A stretch of DNA of 41,426 nucleotides, from NCBI RefSeq assembly GCF_001194135.2, contig NC_068983.1, forward strand, positions 111,494,882-111,536,307. The letters run 5' to 3'. The number at the start of each line of letters is the position of its first letter. Positions within the stretch are counted from its first letter, which is position 1. Below the pieces are notes generated by a model that saw nothing but the letters and a program-made list of their open reading frames with translations, was not told the DNA's origin and ran no database searches. Made by a program: the position numbers and the translations under genes. Shown one piece after another: positions 10,130 to 22,486 of this stretch. The stretch is from Octopus bimaculoides. Lineage: Eukaryota.

Positions 10130-11440
10130 TTCACCATGCTCAAGAAGACCCATCCATTAAAATAAAAACGCTTGTTTTACGTACTGGGCCTTGCCTCTGT
10201 GCCATCAAACATTCTCACATCTCACTCCCTAGCAACCATTCCTCAGTCACTTTTCTATCCATGACACTAGTTCCTGCTGAAATCACTTGAGAGCAGGATC
10301 AGCCCCACACTCTTTGCATTTCCAGTTACCTCCTTCTCCCCCATGGAACCAATCTCATCTTTCCATCTCATTATCATCCCTTCCCATCCCATTTTAACCA
10401 ATCATTATTTTTCAGTACCTTCAGCTACCTCTTCTTCTCTGCCATTCTACATCTTTAACACCTTTCACATCTGCTATCATTCTCAATGCCCTCTCATATT
10501 TGCCATCATGCTCCACTCACTACACCTCTACAGCTCCCTTCCTACCACTCTTACACCCTCTACATCATCCTGCTTCTTTCTGATCTATCCCCTTTTCTGA
10601 TCCACTTCCATCTCTCTTTTATCCCCCGCCCCATACTGATATTTCCCATCAACTTCACCTTCAGCCTTGTTCAGCACTCACTACATTCACATCTCCCCCA
10701 GTCTCTAACCTACTTTTACTCTCACACTTTTATCACTTTTACCTTAAAAATCATTTTACATGTTCTTCAAGGAATTTACTATATGCTCTCAAATGTCAAG
10801 GATGTAATGATGATTACATAAGTCAAACAAACTTACTCTAAGAAACAAACTGACCATTCATGGACAACAATTATGAGAACCCAGTCCTAGACAGATTCCA
10901 CTGAGTGAATACATAGAGGTATGTGCGAAAAGTAAGTCGCCCAAATCACCTGCCTTCTCCTTACCTCTCTGATCTCCTGTCCATATCCTCTCTCATACTT
11001 ACTCTTTTATATTTTGAAAGTTTGCTCTTGCATTTCATCTCTATCATCTATACCATCTTCCCAGGTACTCTCACCCTCATATAATGCAATCAAGCCATGT
11101 ATCTTCTTTGTAGCAAAACACCTATGCTTGTCCCTCTACTATACTTTAACCTCTCAACACCACTCAATAAAGTCAAACCTTCCCTCTCTTACTCAAAGGG
11201 CTTTTTCCATTTCTTGTTCTTTTCTAGTTTTGCAAGTTAGTCAACCACCTCACTAATTCTGGTGACACACTTGAACACATTGTTTAGCGATTAGCATTAG
11301 GAAAGGCATCCAGCCATAGAAACCATATGTTAACGATGGAGCTCAATACTACAGTCTTGCAGTTCACTAGATCCTGTTAAACCATCCAATCCTTGCCAGC
11401 ATGGAAAACTAATATTAAATGATGATGATGATGATGATGA
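10130..11440 (+). mobile_element. Old LINE-like 3' region (family E): pyrimidine-rich UTR + conserved tail ending in (GAT)n
   Basis: C/T-skewed tract followed by TTAGGAAAGGCATCCAGC...CCAGCATGGAAAA...GATGATGATG. Similar organisation occurs at 36.4-36.9 kb. The left boundary is approximate. Confidence 0.55.
10737..10946 (-). repeat. Inverted repeat arm 2 (partner 9491-9700), embedded in a family E element
   Basis: Reverse complement of 9491-9700, bordered by ATCAC at 10732-10736 and 10945-10949. Confidence 0.95.
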
Positions 11441-11812
11441 CTATGACGTTATTGCTTTTGATGTTGTTTTTGTCATATTTGTAACTAACCTTGATCGTTT
11501 TTCAAAAAAATTTTTTCTCATATTTCTTATTGCTGTCTCATTAAGCAATTTTTTTTTTTTTTTTTTGTCATAGACAATCCTTATATCTTCACTCATTTAA
11601 AGAGTTCCTCTTTCTGCTGCTAGTGATACTGCCATTGTCCATGCTGTTGTTGTTGATAATGTTGTAGTAGTTGTTGTTGGTGTTGTCATTCCCTATGCTA
11701 TTGTTGTTGTTGCAACTGCTGTTGTTGTTGTTGTTGTTGTTGATAATGTCATTATAGTTGCTGTTGTCATTGTACAAAATATTATGCATTTCGCTGATCA
11801 TTATATTTTACT

Positions 11813-12050
11813 CTTTACTCTTTTACTTGTTTCAGTCATTTGACTGTGGCCATGTTGGAGCACCGCCTTTGGTCGAGTAAATCGACCCCAGGACTTATTC
11901 TTTTGATGCCTAGTACTTATTCTATTGGTCTCTTTTGCCGAACTGCTAAGTTACGGGGACGTAAACACACCACCATCGGTTGTCAAGTGATGTTGGGGGG
12001 ACAAACACAGACACACAAACACATACATACATATATATATATATATACAT
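11813..12050 (-). mobile_element. SINE family B, 3' half (runs into gap N 12051-12232)
   Basis: TTTTACTTGTTTCAGTCATTTGACTGTGGCCATGTTGGAGCACCGCC...GACAAACACAGACACAC is the reverse complement of the family B tail at 24300-24497. Confidence 0.9.
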
Positions 12051-12239
12051 NNNNNNNNNNNNNNNNNNNNNNNNNNNNNNNNNNNNNNNNNNNNNNNNNN
12101 NNNNNNNNNNNNNNNNNNNNNNNNNNNNNNNNNNNNNNNNNNNNNNNNNNNNNNNNNNNNNNNNNNNNNNNNNNNNNNNNNNNNNNNNNNNNNNNNNNNN
12201 NNNNNNNNNNNNNNNNNNNNNNNNNNNNNNNNCACTCCT

Positions 12240-13362
12240 GCGCCTATTTTCCTAACATTTTATGCTGGTGTTGTCTTTGTTGCTGTTGTTATCGATACAG
12301 GTGTTATCAATGTTGTTGAAATTATTATGATTACTGCTTCTATCATCACTGTGAATGATCTTACTGCTGCTGCTGTTGCCACTGCTGCTGTGCTGAAGTT
12401 GCTGATACTACCAATGTCATTGTTGTTGTTGCTGCTTATCACATTTGTTATTATAGTTGTTGTTGGTTTTGCTCTTCTTGTAATTGATGTTGTTCAGTGG
12501 TAGCACATGGCTTAGTGGTCAGAACATTTGGTTCATGATGATAGTATGGTCATGGGTTCGATTCCTGGTTTCCTAATGGCACATGGCATCTTTGAGCAAA
12601 GCACTTTTATTTCTCATCAACCTAGTTCACTACTTTAACTACTTTAAGCGTACATGTGTTTGTGGAGCACTCAGCCACTTGCACATTAATTTCACTAACA
12701 GGCTACTCGGTTAATTGTATCAACTGGAAAACTCATCATTATAACCGACGGAGAGCCAAGTTGTTGCTGCTGCTACTGCTGCTGCTCTTTTGTTCATGAT
12801 GATGATAATGATGCTATTAATGTTGTTTTATAACCTGTCATGTTTCAAGCAAACCATAATGTTTTTTCTCTGGTGGTTCTCATATTCCTCATTGTTATTG
12901 TTATTATTGTTGTTGTTGCTGTTGTTGTTGTTGTTGCAGAAGCTGTCATGCTACTTGTTGATTATGATATTGTTCCTGTCACTGTTTACATTTTGTTGTT
13001 CTTGTTGTTATTGCTGATTCTATAAATGTTGTCATTATAGTAGCAGTAGTTGTTGTTGTTTGTTATTGTTATTGTTATTGTTATTGTTGTTGCTGATGTT
13101 GCTGCTGCTGATGCAGATAATGTTGTTGTACAAGCTGTCATATTTTTGTTACTAATTTTAAATTATTTATTCCATTACCCCAACATTTTTTTGTAATTGT
13201 TACCACTGTTGTTGTAGAAGTTGTTGTCATCTCTATCATTACTACCAATTTTTTCTTTGTTGCTGAAGATTTTTCTTGTCATATGTTGTTTTCATCATCA
13301 TCATCATCATCGTCATCATAATCATCGTTGTTGTTAGTGTTGTTGTTTTTGTAAGCCATCTT
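12240..13362. repeat. Long degenerate (TGT)/(TGC)/(CAT)n low-complexity tract, interrupted by a SINE
   Basis: Read directly from the sequence. It accounts for the poly-L/V/I pseudo-ORFs. Confidence 0.85.
12497..12760 (+). mobile_element. Degenerate tRNA-headed SINE with a family C-like 3' domain
   Basis: TGGCTTAGTGG A box and GGTTCGATTCC B box, then GTGGAGCACTCAGCCACTTGCACATTAATTTCAC, shared in reverse with 13751-14081 and 37119-37505. Confidence 0.7.
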
Positions 13363-13750
13363 NNNNNNNNNNNNNNNNNNNNNNNNNNNNNNNNNNNNNN
13401 NNNNNNNNNNNNNNNNNNNNNNNNNNNNNNNNNNNNNNNNNNNNNNNNNNNNNNNNNNNNNNNNNNNNNNNNNNNNNNNNNNNNNNNNNNNNNNNNNNNN
13501 NNNNNNNNNNNNNNNNNNNNNNNNNNNNNNNNNNNNNNNNNNNNNNNNNNNNNNNNNNNNNNNNNNNNNNNNNNNNNNNNNNNNNNNNNNNNNNNNNNNN
13601 NNNNNNNNNNNNNNNNNNNNNNNNNNNNNNNNNNNNNNNNNNNNNNNNNNNNNNNNNNNNNNNNNNNNNNNNNNNNNNNNNNNNNNNNNNNNNNNNNNNN
13701 NNNNNNNNNNNNNNNNNNNNNNNNNNNNNNNNNNNNNNNNNNNNNNNNNN

Positions 13751-14081
13751 CCGATCAGCCTGCTCATGAAATTAACGTGCAAGTGGCTGAGCACTCCACA
13801 GACATGTGTACCCTTAACGTAGTTCTCGGGGATATTCAGCGTGACACAGTGTGACAAAGCTGACCCTTTGAATTACAGGCACAACAGAAACAGGAAGTAA
13901 GCGTGAGAGAAAGTTGTGGTGAAAGAGTACAGCAGGGTTCGCCACCATCCCCTGCCGGAGCCTCGTGGAGCTTTAGGTGTTTTCGCTCAATAAACACTCA
14001 TAATGCCCGGTCTGGGAATCGAAACCCTGATCCTATGACCACGAGTCCGCTGCCCTAACCACTGAGCTATTACACCTCCAC
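13751..14081 (-). mobile_element. tRNA-derived SINE family C (3' end lost in gap N 13363-13750)
   Basis: High similarity to 37119-37505. On the minus strand it has an A-box-like TAGCTCAGTGG and a B-box-like GGTTTCGATTCC. Confidence 0.9.
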
Positions 14082-14184
14082 TACAGTCACATATATCCTT
14101 TACATAATCCTCTGCTTGAATCAATGTGGCAAAATTTTTAACAGGGCTGAACCTTTGAATAACGAATACACTATATCTGACAGG

Positions 14185-14645
14185 CTGCATGGTTAGGAAA
14201 GCTTTCTTTGTAACCAAATGATTTTAAGTTCAATCTCACTTTATGTTGTGGTGAGAGTATGACACCCTCTAACGAGAATAGTCAGGATCACTACATATAA
14301 ATAGTAGTGGTTCGACACAGTCAGCAGTTCATAGTTTGTTCTTCGAACTCCAGGTATAGTTTACAGTTTGAGTTAGTGTATTGGAAATATTGATCATTGG
14401 TTCGTAAAACATTGTTGGATTGTTACATGTTTGTTACTGCTGCTGTTTCCATTTTGTATTGTTATAATGCTGTTACAGTTACAGTGTATTCTTTATCTAT
14501 CATCAACAATATCAACCATACTTCGATATTGGAGGCTTAAGGATATAATACTTTGTGAACCTGGAACAAGCATCTTCTACTATAGACTTGAACCACCAGT
14601 ACCTTGTGAGTGAAATTTGGTTAACAGAAATTGGGCAAAAGTTAA
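14185..14645 (+). mobile_element. Old SINE family B copy split by an LTR-like insert
   Basis: The head ...GTTCAATCTCACTTT and body GAACCTGGAACAAGCATCTTCTACTATAG...CCTTGTGAGTG join into the family B consensus when 14244-14550 is removed. Confidence 0.65.
14244..14550 (+). mobile_element. Probable solo LTR (307 bp)
   Basis: Starts TGTTGTG and ends TATAATA; the two ends are inverted-repeat-like, differing only by transitions. 5-bp TSD CTTTA/CTTTG, internal TATA-like CATATAAATAG, and it interrupts a SINE cleanly. Confidence 0.6.
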
Positions 14646-14701
14646 TTATGTCTGTGTGTATATGTGTGTGTGTATGTGTGTGTGTATGTGTGTGTGTATG
14701 T

Positions 14702-14712
<11 letters not shown>
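14390..14712 (+). repeat. Inverted repeat arm 1 (partner 15679-16003)
   Basis: About 320 bp, with only ~2 mismatches outside the (TG)n part. Confidence 0.95.
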
Positions 14713-14745
<33 letters not shown>

Positions 14746-15678
14746 ACATGTGTGTGTATATCTGTGTGTTTAAATGTACATCACTTTATATAGATTTGAT
14801 TAACTATAAAACATGTAGAATATTTTGGCTGGATATGGCTAGTTTAAATCTCAAATGGTTAAAGGCAGTAACGTAATAGAATCATTTGAGTGTCAGATAA
14901 AAACTTCTTGGAATATTTTTTTCCAGCTCAGCTGGTACTTATTTTATTAACCCTTTTCAATGTCAATGAAATAAGTACCAGTTGAGCACTGGGGTCAATG
15001 AAATCTACTTACCCCACTCCTCAGAAATTGCTGGCCTTGTGCAAAAATTTGAAACCAATATTCTTCTCAGCTCTTTACATTCTGAGTTAAATCACACTGA
15101 AGTCAATATTACTTTTCATTTCACTGGGGTTGAGAAAATAAAATAGCAGTCAAATACTGGAGTTGATGGTTTCAACAAACATCCTTCAACTAAACTTTGC
15201 TGTCCTTCTGCCCAAATCAGAAACAAACAATAATTATGTGACAAAATCATTACAGTGTCAGACAAAATGCTTTGTAACATTTGATCCAGCTCTGTATGTT
15301 TTGCATTCAAATCCTACTGAGATCAAATTTACCTTTAATTCTGTCAGAGTTAATAAAAATAAATTATCAATCAAGCTCTGGGAGTTGATGTAATTAACAA
15401 ACCTCACCACCACCACCACCACCACCACCAATTTCTGGCATTCTGCCGATGTTTGAAAGAGTAGGAATAATTATTGTTTGCTTTTGTTGACAACAGGTGT
15501 ACTTTGCTCACTCTAGGGTTTGTTTGAAATTTACGGTATTTTATTTGATCAAAAAAATCAAGAAATTGGAATTTTTGGAGGTTTGCTCCATTACCTTAGA
15601 CAAGATAAAATGAATGCTCTTTTGTAAACATTTATTCAGTTTTAAAAATATTTATTTACAAATGTTTAAAGATGATTC

Positions 15679-16003
15679 CACACATATACACACATACACA
15701 CACACATACACACACACATACGCACACACATATACACACAGACATAATTAACTTTTGCCCAATTTCTGTTAACCAAATTTCACTCACAAGGTACTGGTGG
15801 TTCAAGTCTATAGAAGAAGATGCTTGTTCCAGGTTCACAAAGTATTATATCCTTAAGCCTCCAATATCGAAGTATGGTTGATATTGTTGATGATAGATAA
15901 AGAATACACTGTAACAGTAACAGCATTATAACAATACAAAATGGAAACAGCAGCAGTAACAAACATGTAACAATCCAACAATGTTTTACGAACCAATGAT
16001 CAA
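15679..16003 (-). repeat. Inverted repeat arm 2 (partner 14390-14712)
   Basis: Reverse complement of 14390-14712. The paired ORFs 14431-14613(+) and 15780-15962(-) are near identical for this reason. Confidence 0.95.
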
Positions 16004-16333
16004 GGAAAGAAACAACACTGATCCTACCCTCAAGGTAGCAATGTTATGAAAACATGGCAAACAGACACAAAAACAAAGATAACATTTAACCAATAAAAAA
16101 ACAAATCCTAACACTACACTGAACAAAATGACAATTTCACAAAAGGCAACAAGTAAGGAAGACTGCAAGAAAAGCAGTAAATCTTTTAATGTCTTAAACA
16201 AGACAGAAATTCTGAATGTAGGTCAGCTCCAGAAGCAAATATTTATTATCATTGTGTAATACAATTTTGTTCTTGTGTAGCAACTGGGATTTCCTATTTG
16301 CTTACCCCTAGAAAATATAAAAAATGGCTAATA

Positions 16334-16611
16334 TTTCCTTCAAACTTTGCTTTTGTTACGTTTATTTGAATTCCAAATCCCTCTCAACATAGCTATGATC
16401 CGAGAGGCACATATTGTCAGTCATTAAAGGACATGTTCAAGTGATTAAGGTCAAGCAAATGACAAACAAATCTGTGATATTGAACAAAATATTTGCTATA
16501 ACAATATTTCTGCTTCAGTAATTCAGTGCTGAATTTGTTTGAAATGTAATGGAAAATAGGTCAGTTTCAAAACATTGATGTCAAGGTTACAAAAGCAAAG
16601 TTTGAAGGGGA
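16334..16611. mobile_element. TA-flanked MITE (~278 bp)
   Basis: Terminal inverted repeat CCTTCAAACTTTGCTTTTGT (16337-16356) / ACAAAAGCAAAGTTTGAAGG (16589-16608), with TA at 16332-16333 and 16612-16613. Confidence 0.7.
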
Positions 16612-16639
16612 TAGTAGTGATTTCCTTTGATTTCTAGAT

Positions 16640-17620
16640 GGAAGCAAGTAGGCAATACACTTACTGACCAAAGACAAAAATAAATAAAAATTTTGTTAGT
16701 GTTATAGGAGAGGTGTATGCCTGGTCTTCTAAATCTGGTCATGAGTAGGTGAAAGGATGAATTTGTATGCCACACCTCTGCAATCAGATTCCAGCCACAC
16801 TATATGGGGCAGCAGAACATAACAGTCACAGCCAGGGATATTGGGAGGGCCATTGAGCTTTGATTTATTGTTATCATCACCACACAATATGGGAAGTTTA
16901 TACACACAGAGCTGACCAAAATTGGTAGATGGTTTGGCAAGGCCTAGGTAGGATGGAAAATTTCTAGTAACCCATGAAGATCATTTTAGACCTGTATTTC
17001 ATTACAGAGGCAGAAAAAGAGAAGCAATATGATTGGTGGTGTAGAGCAGAAGACCAAGCTGTTACACAAATGGCAGTGAGAGTCATATCAAGGCATTTTG
17101 TCCTGAGGAGTTAGAATAGAAGAGAAAAGAAAGCAGCGGTTAGCAAAAAGGACAACAAAGCAAAAGCAAGACCCAGAAACTGCTATTTCTAGAACACTAT
17201 TGGTTACAACATGAATGGTAGTTAAAAAATATGCACTCAGTTTGATGTTATCAATCAACAAGAAGGCAAAAAAGACCAATCTTCAAGTAGTATCATACTT
17301 TTGTCTAGCAAAGTTGAGAAGTAAATGGTGGGAGGGGGGGTGAAGAGGAGTAGGAACTTGCGGTGATAGTAAAAAGAGAAAAAAGAGCACAAAGGATGTT
17401 AATCTAGATAAAAGTTTCTAAAATCCACAGTGAAGAGCATACCTTTCAGGTAGATTGGATTAGATGGGCGTTCACATCACAGATGAGTTGATCTGTTGAA
17501 TGACTTGGAAGGAAACCTTGCAGATGATGTGCTGACTAAGGAGAACAAGGAGCAGAAGCTAGTCAGAATTGTGAGATGTTCTGATGCAAATAAGAAGATG
17601 GCTTCTCACATGTAGATAGT
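16640..17620 (-). mobile_element. Heavily decayed LINE reverse-transcriptase fragment
   Basis: Minus-strand translation gives GFLPSHSTDQLI, resembling the GFRxxRST.DQ motif of non-LTR RTs, plus weaker downstream similarity. Many stops. Confidence 0.45.
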
Positions 17621-17654
17621 TTGCATTCGTTTGTTGTATTTACTTTATTTCATT

Positions 17655-17797
17655 CAACACACACACACACACTCACACACAAACACACACAGATAAGCAC
17701 ACACATACACACACACTCAAGTAAACCTATACCTATTCATAGAATGAATGTGTATGTTTGTTTGTGTTAATGTATGTCTGCATCAACTTTTAATATA

Positions 17798-17835
<38 letters not shown>

Positions 17836-17935
17836 CATACATAGATACCTATATTAATACACACACACACACAAACACACATGCACACACATACACACAC
17901 ATGCACACACACATATACACACACACGCACACATA
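17655..17935. repeat. Compound (CA)n/(TA)n microsatellite
   Basis: Read directly from the sequence. Confidence 0.9.
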
Positions 17936-18337
17936 GTGTATATTTTTCCTTATATAGCTATGTTTGTATATCCTCACATGACTATACCATTAACACTTTT
18001 TTTGTTGTATGGGTTTGTGTGGCTAGTAAATGAAGGAATTATTATTGTTGTAGTTATTATTATCAATAGTTTTATTAGTATGATTACTAATATTACTACT
18101 ACTACAACAGATGATGTCAATTATATTAGTATAGTTGTTACTGTTATTGTTTTCGATGCTCTTAACCCAAGTACTATAGTGTTGTTGTTATTGATATTTT
18201 TACTGTTGTTACTATTGCCATTACTGCTTTATGTTGTTTTCAAGCAAAATCTGCTTTTCTCTGTATTCCTTGCCTTTCACTCTTTTATTTTCTTCTATTT
18301 CATCTCTTTTTTTTTCTGTCTTTTATCTCATTCACTG

Positions 18338-18379
<42 letters not shown>

Positions 18380-18559
18380 TTTTGCTTTTGGCTTTTTCTC
18401 AGTCTTTCTTTTTTCTATGTGTCTCCTTCCTTGCTGAATCATTCCCTTTATACTCCATCTCTCTTCTCTCCTCATATTCTTTCTATTTTATGATTTCTAC
18501 TTATCCAATCATTCAGATTACTTTGAGGTAAAGCTTGATTGTTCAAACACACATGTGAT

Positions 18560-18830
18560 GAGACATTCTGAACATCTCCCAGACAAAAGACCATACGACA
18601 GTCTTCTTGCAAACACTGATGTCATTAAATAGAGATACATGCAATTTGCAGGATATTGCTAGAGAGCTAAGCAAGAACTCAATAGTGATGTATTGCTATG
18701 AATATTCCAGCATAGATATCTATGGGTTGACCACCCAGCAAAAGAACCTTGACTGACTAGCTCTGTATAAGCACAGGATGTAGTCCTTTGGCCTTATGAA
18801 TGCTACAATATTTTGGGTATCATATTGAAT
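18560..18830 (+). mobile_element. RTE-clade LINE C-terminal fragment
   Basis: Translation RYMQFAGYC*RAKQELNSDVLL*...DHPAK resembles the RTE-type C-terminus (R.R.AGHCWR.K.ELISDVLLW..GRPA), with TGG->stop decay. Confidence 0.65.
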
Positions 18831-18954
18831 GATGTAATTTAGTTGACTAAATCTGATTAAGCTGAGCCAGATCATTTCATCCAATTTAATTTTACTTTTA
18901 AATGTACATTTCATAAACTTATTCTACTTTTCCTATTTTGATTGCAATTTTGGT

Positions 18955-19183
18955 AATATCTTTTATCTGTTTCTATCATTAGACTGTGGCCCTGCTGGAG
19001 CACTGCCTTGAAGAATTTTAGTCAAATGAATCAACCCCAGTACATTTTACTTTTTTTAAAACCTGGTACTAATTCTATTGATTTCTTTTGATGAGCCACT
19101 AGGTTATAGAGACGTAAATACACCAACACTAGCACACACACACACACACACACACATCCACACACACACACACACGCACACAT

Positions 19184-19226
<43 letters not shown>

Positions 19227-19388
19227 CAGACAACAGGCTTCTTTCAGTTTCCATCAGCTCAAACTACTCACAAGGCTTTGGCTGGCCCAAAGCTATTGTA
19301 AAAGACACTTGCCCAAGGTGCCATGCAGTGGCACTGAACCTAGAACCATATGGTCGGGAAGCAAGCTTCTTACCACACAGTCACACCT
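18955..19388 (-). mobile_element. Near full-length SINE family B with internal (CA)n
   Basis: Reverse complement of the family B head and tail. Confidence 0.9.
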
Positions 19389-19778
19389 TTAAACAAGTTA
19401 AATTCTCTTCTTAAAAAAGATATTCTATAATTTTTGAGTTACAAAATTTACCTGTTTCTGATAATCCAGAAGACATAGGGCCATGAATTTCAGTTATGTT
19501 CAGAAATGTTCATATTTCTTGTGTGGAGTCTGTTACCAATGCAACACTTCATTCCTCTTCACAAGCTAGAATGCTAGTATATGTATTGATACAGCATTAC
19601 AGCTAAAGAGTCCTTAGCAAAACTACTAAATTAGTATTTATGACTTTAGTTGTCCTCTTAAGCAACTAATTTGGTACAGCTGATGTCTAGCCAGACTATC
19701 TGCTGATCATTGTTTGCAGGAAAGCAGCATAACCTTTGCAAAAATTAAAGAATCACAAAGACCAGCTGCTTGGATTAA

Positions 19779-19999
19779 CCCTTTCGTTACTATACTTATT
19801 TTGAGATTCTCTGTGCTTCTTTCAATTACTTCAAATATAACAAAGAATTTTGTAAAATAACTTAGTTATCATTAAGCTCGTGTTAGGAACATAAATTGTG
19901 ACTAAGGTTTGGTGAAAGATTTTAATTCAAAACTTATGAAAACAAGACATTTGTACTACAGAGCCAGAGCCGGTTTTAGCCGGGTTGGTAACGAAAGGG
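19779..19999. mobile_element. piggyBac-like MITE (221 bp)
   Basis: TTAA|CCCTTTCGTTAC ... GTAACGAAAGGG|TTAA: perfect 12-bp TIR with TTAA TSD. Confidence 0.9.
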
Positions 20000-20399
20000 T
20001 TAAACTGGATTGATGTATCATACATAAGCTTTTTCCTATAATCAGGACCATAATCGAGATTCAAGTGTAATGTGAACTGCTGGCATGACTAAACAGTCTG
20101 ATTTGAAGCTGAAATGTTGAATAGCTTCTCCAGACCCACAAGAAGAGCTGAATAGAAATTTCACAATTCTAATGCTGCTTACAACAGGTCAATTTTGCTA
20201 AACTTACTTCTACATGTGAAGAATCATTTTCATGAACTAAGTTCAGTGTTAATGCTAATACAGATACTTCTGATTCTCATCTGGTTGTCTGATACCCTAT
20301 AGAATTGGCAATCTATGCTTCTATGCTAAGACAAGTAATATGACTTCTGCATCTGTTAATCTTGCAAGACCTGAAGAGTCTTGCTTCAATCTTGTTAGT

Positions 20400-20830
20400 A
20401 GGTCAACGTCTGATGTGGCTGTAAAGACAGGTTGTCTTGAATGATTTTTAAGGTTCTGTCTATTAGTAATATCCATTATCCTTGAGCTTTTTTAAGGGAC
20501 TTTTCTTCTGCAGCAAGACTCGGCTTCTCTTCTTCATATTAAACCCCTCCCTAGTTGCAGCCCCCTACAAGAACAATTACTCACAGTGTCCTCCCACCTC
20601 TCAAAGTTTATCTTCACTGACTTCATGTCCTTCATTGAAATGAAAATGGGGTTACCTTTGTGCTTTCTTGCCAGAGGCCAGTTCCTTATACAGCAGACCC
20701 TCCAAGATCTCATCTGGCATACTACATACATACAGCATACAGCCAATGAAGATATCTTTGTTGAAACAGAATGAAGAACCTGGGTTATCTGGTCACAGAT
20801 ATTTCTAGTAAGATGTCATTCTTTGTCTTG
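20400..20830 (-). mobile_element. RTE-BovB-like LINE 3' coding fragment
   Basis: Minus strand gives MPDEILEGLLYKELASGKK..., ...FERWEDTVS... and ...LYSHIRR, typical of the RTE-BovB C-terminus. Frameshifted. Confidence 0.75.
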
Positions 20831-22304
20831 TGCCATTTCAGTAGTTCATCTATTATTATTAGGATTATATTATTATATTATAACATTATATTATTATATT
20901 ATTATAGGGATAAATTTATTTTTAGCTCCAACATTCAAAAGTTTCTTGCTTGTCTATGTCTGTTTTACATATTTTTTTAAACTTTGAAAATGTTTGTAAT
21001 TTTCTTTCAATTTCTAGCCCTTATCAATTGCTTTTTGCTATTATGTTCTGGGTTTCTTAGTAGTCATTTCTTTAATTTCATGTTTTACTTGCAAATCTTT
21101 ATTGCAGCAAATCCTTCTTTCCATCTCCCTGCTTTCTATTATTGCTTATTATGTTTTTTACTGAGTACAAACCTTTATAATCTAAGTGAAGAGGATATGA
21201 GAAATAGTATGGATGTTCCTTTCCAAAAGGCATTAGCAGTTTAAGTGAAGTGAAATAGCCTTAGCTATGAATTGAAATAACATTATGATATTAGCATCCG
21301 CATGAAGACTGCTTATCTTTTGCTTTATGTTTTCCATATTTCCCCTCATTAATATAATCATGTGCAGGTATGTGTGCACATGTTTATTAGATTTACTTTT
21401 CTCTTGACAACTAATAAGAAAATATTTAATGATATGCTTAATGTATTAGAAAGATATTCAAAATGTGCATACTCTGGATATATAATGTTTTGTACTCATT
21501 TAAATCATATATAAATCATCATAAAAGAAATTATAATTTTTGTTTGGATAACTGAGAATATTAAAGGCTAGTTAGTGATAAGAGCAGTTATGAAAATGAA
21601 TAATTGAATTTTTTAAAATTAAAATTGATATTTTCAATATTTACATTCTGTTTATATGTTTTCTGAGTCATCTTAAAGATTCTAGAATATTTAAGAAGAT
21701 TTTATTATAAAATAAATATTACAATTCATATTATAATTTTAGCTTTGATTGTAAAAAAATCTCAGAACTAGCCATGAATCATTGGGTTTCAACCAATTTC
21801 TTTTATTTGTCCATCAAGTGCATGTTTGGTAAGCCATTCTGGAGAACCATCTCTCTATACAAGCCATTAGACATTAATTGCAGTTTGGTAAGCTAGAGGA
21901 GCATAAAAAAAAATCAATTTTACAAATAAGATGATACTTTGAAATATAATATTTCTACTAGCAGGCAAACAAGAGATCTTGAAGACATGTGTTATGAAAT
22001 ATTTTTGAAACACATCAATATTTACTAAAATATCTTCTTCATTAGTAAAGAATATTTGAAGTGGAAAGACAACAGTTATGGTTAAATGCTAATGAGGACA
22101 TAAGTGCTGAATAAACATTTACACACACACACACACACACACACATTTGTATGTTGTGTGCAAGAGAGAAGGTATGTTCATGTGATGCATATTTAGGATG
22201 ACAGCTGAATAAAGAAGTGATGATCACATAAAGCAGAGGGAACGTATGGGAGAAGGACATGCAGGAAGACCTAGGATGGTATAAAGTAGTTTTATGTAAT
22301 TTAA

Positions 22305-22393
22305 CCCTTTCGTTACCAACCCGGCTGAAACTGGCTCCGATTCTGAGTACAAATGTCTTGTTTTTCTAAGTTTTGAATTAAAATCTTCCACCA
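22305..22393. mobile_element. Truncated, oppositely oriented copy of the piggyBac-like MITE
   Basis: TTAA|CCCTTTCGTTACCAACCCGGCT...GTACAAATGTCTTGTTTT is the reverse complement of ~19910-19999. Confidence 0.85.
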
Positions 22394-22394
22394 T

Positions 22395-22454
22395 GTAAAT
22401 ATATGTGTGTATATATATATGTGTATATATGTATGTGTGTATATGTAGGATAGG

Positions 22455-22486
<32 letters not shown>

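Noticed and set aside
9491-10946. Interpretation as a long-TIR DNA transposon
   Set aside because: No outer TSD, and the right arm sits inside a continuous retroposon tract with its own 5-bp direct repeat. Kept only as the alternative hypothesis.
19451-19570. Possible minus-strand exon ending at CAG|GTAAAT (..LNITEIHGPMSSGLSET)
   Set aside because: In-frame stop just upstream with no suitable acceptor after it.
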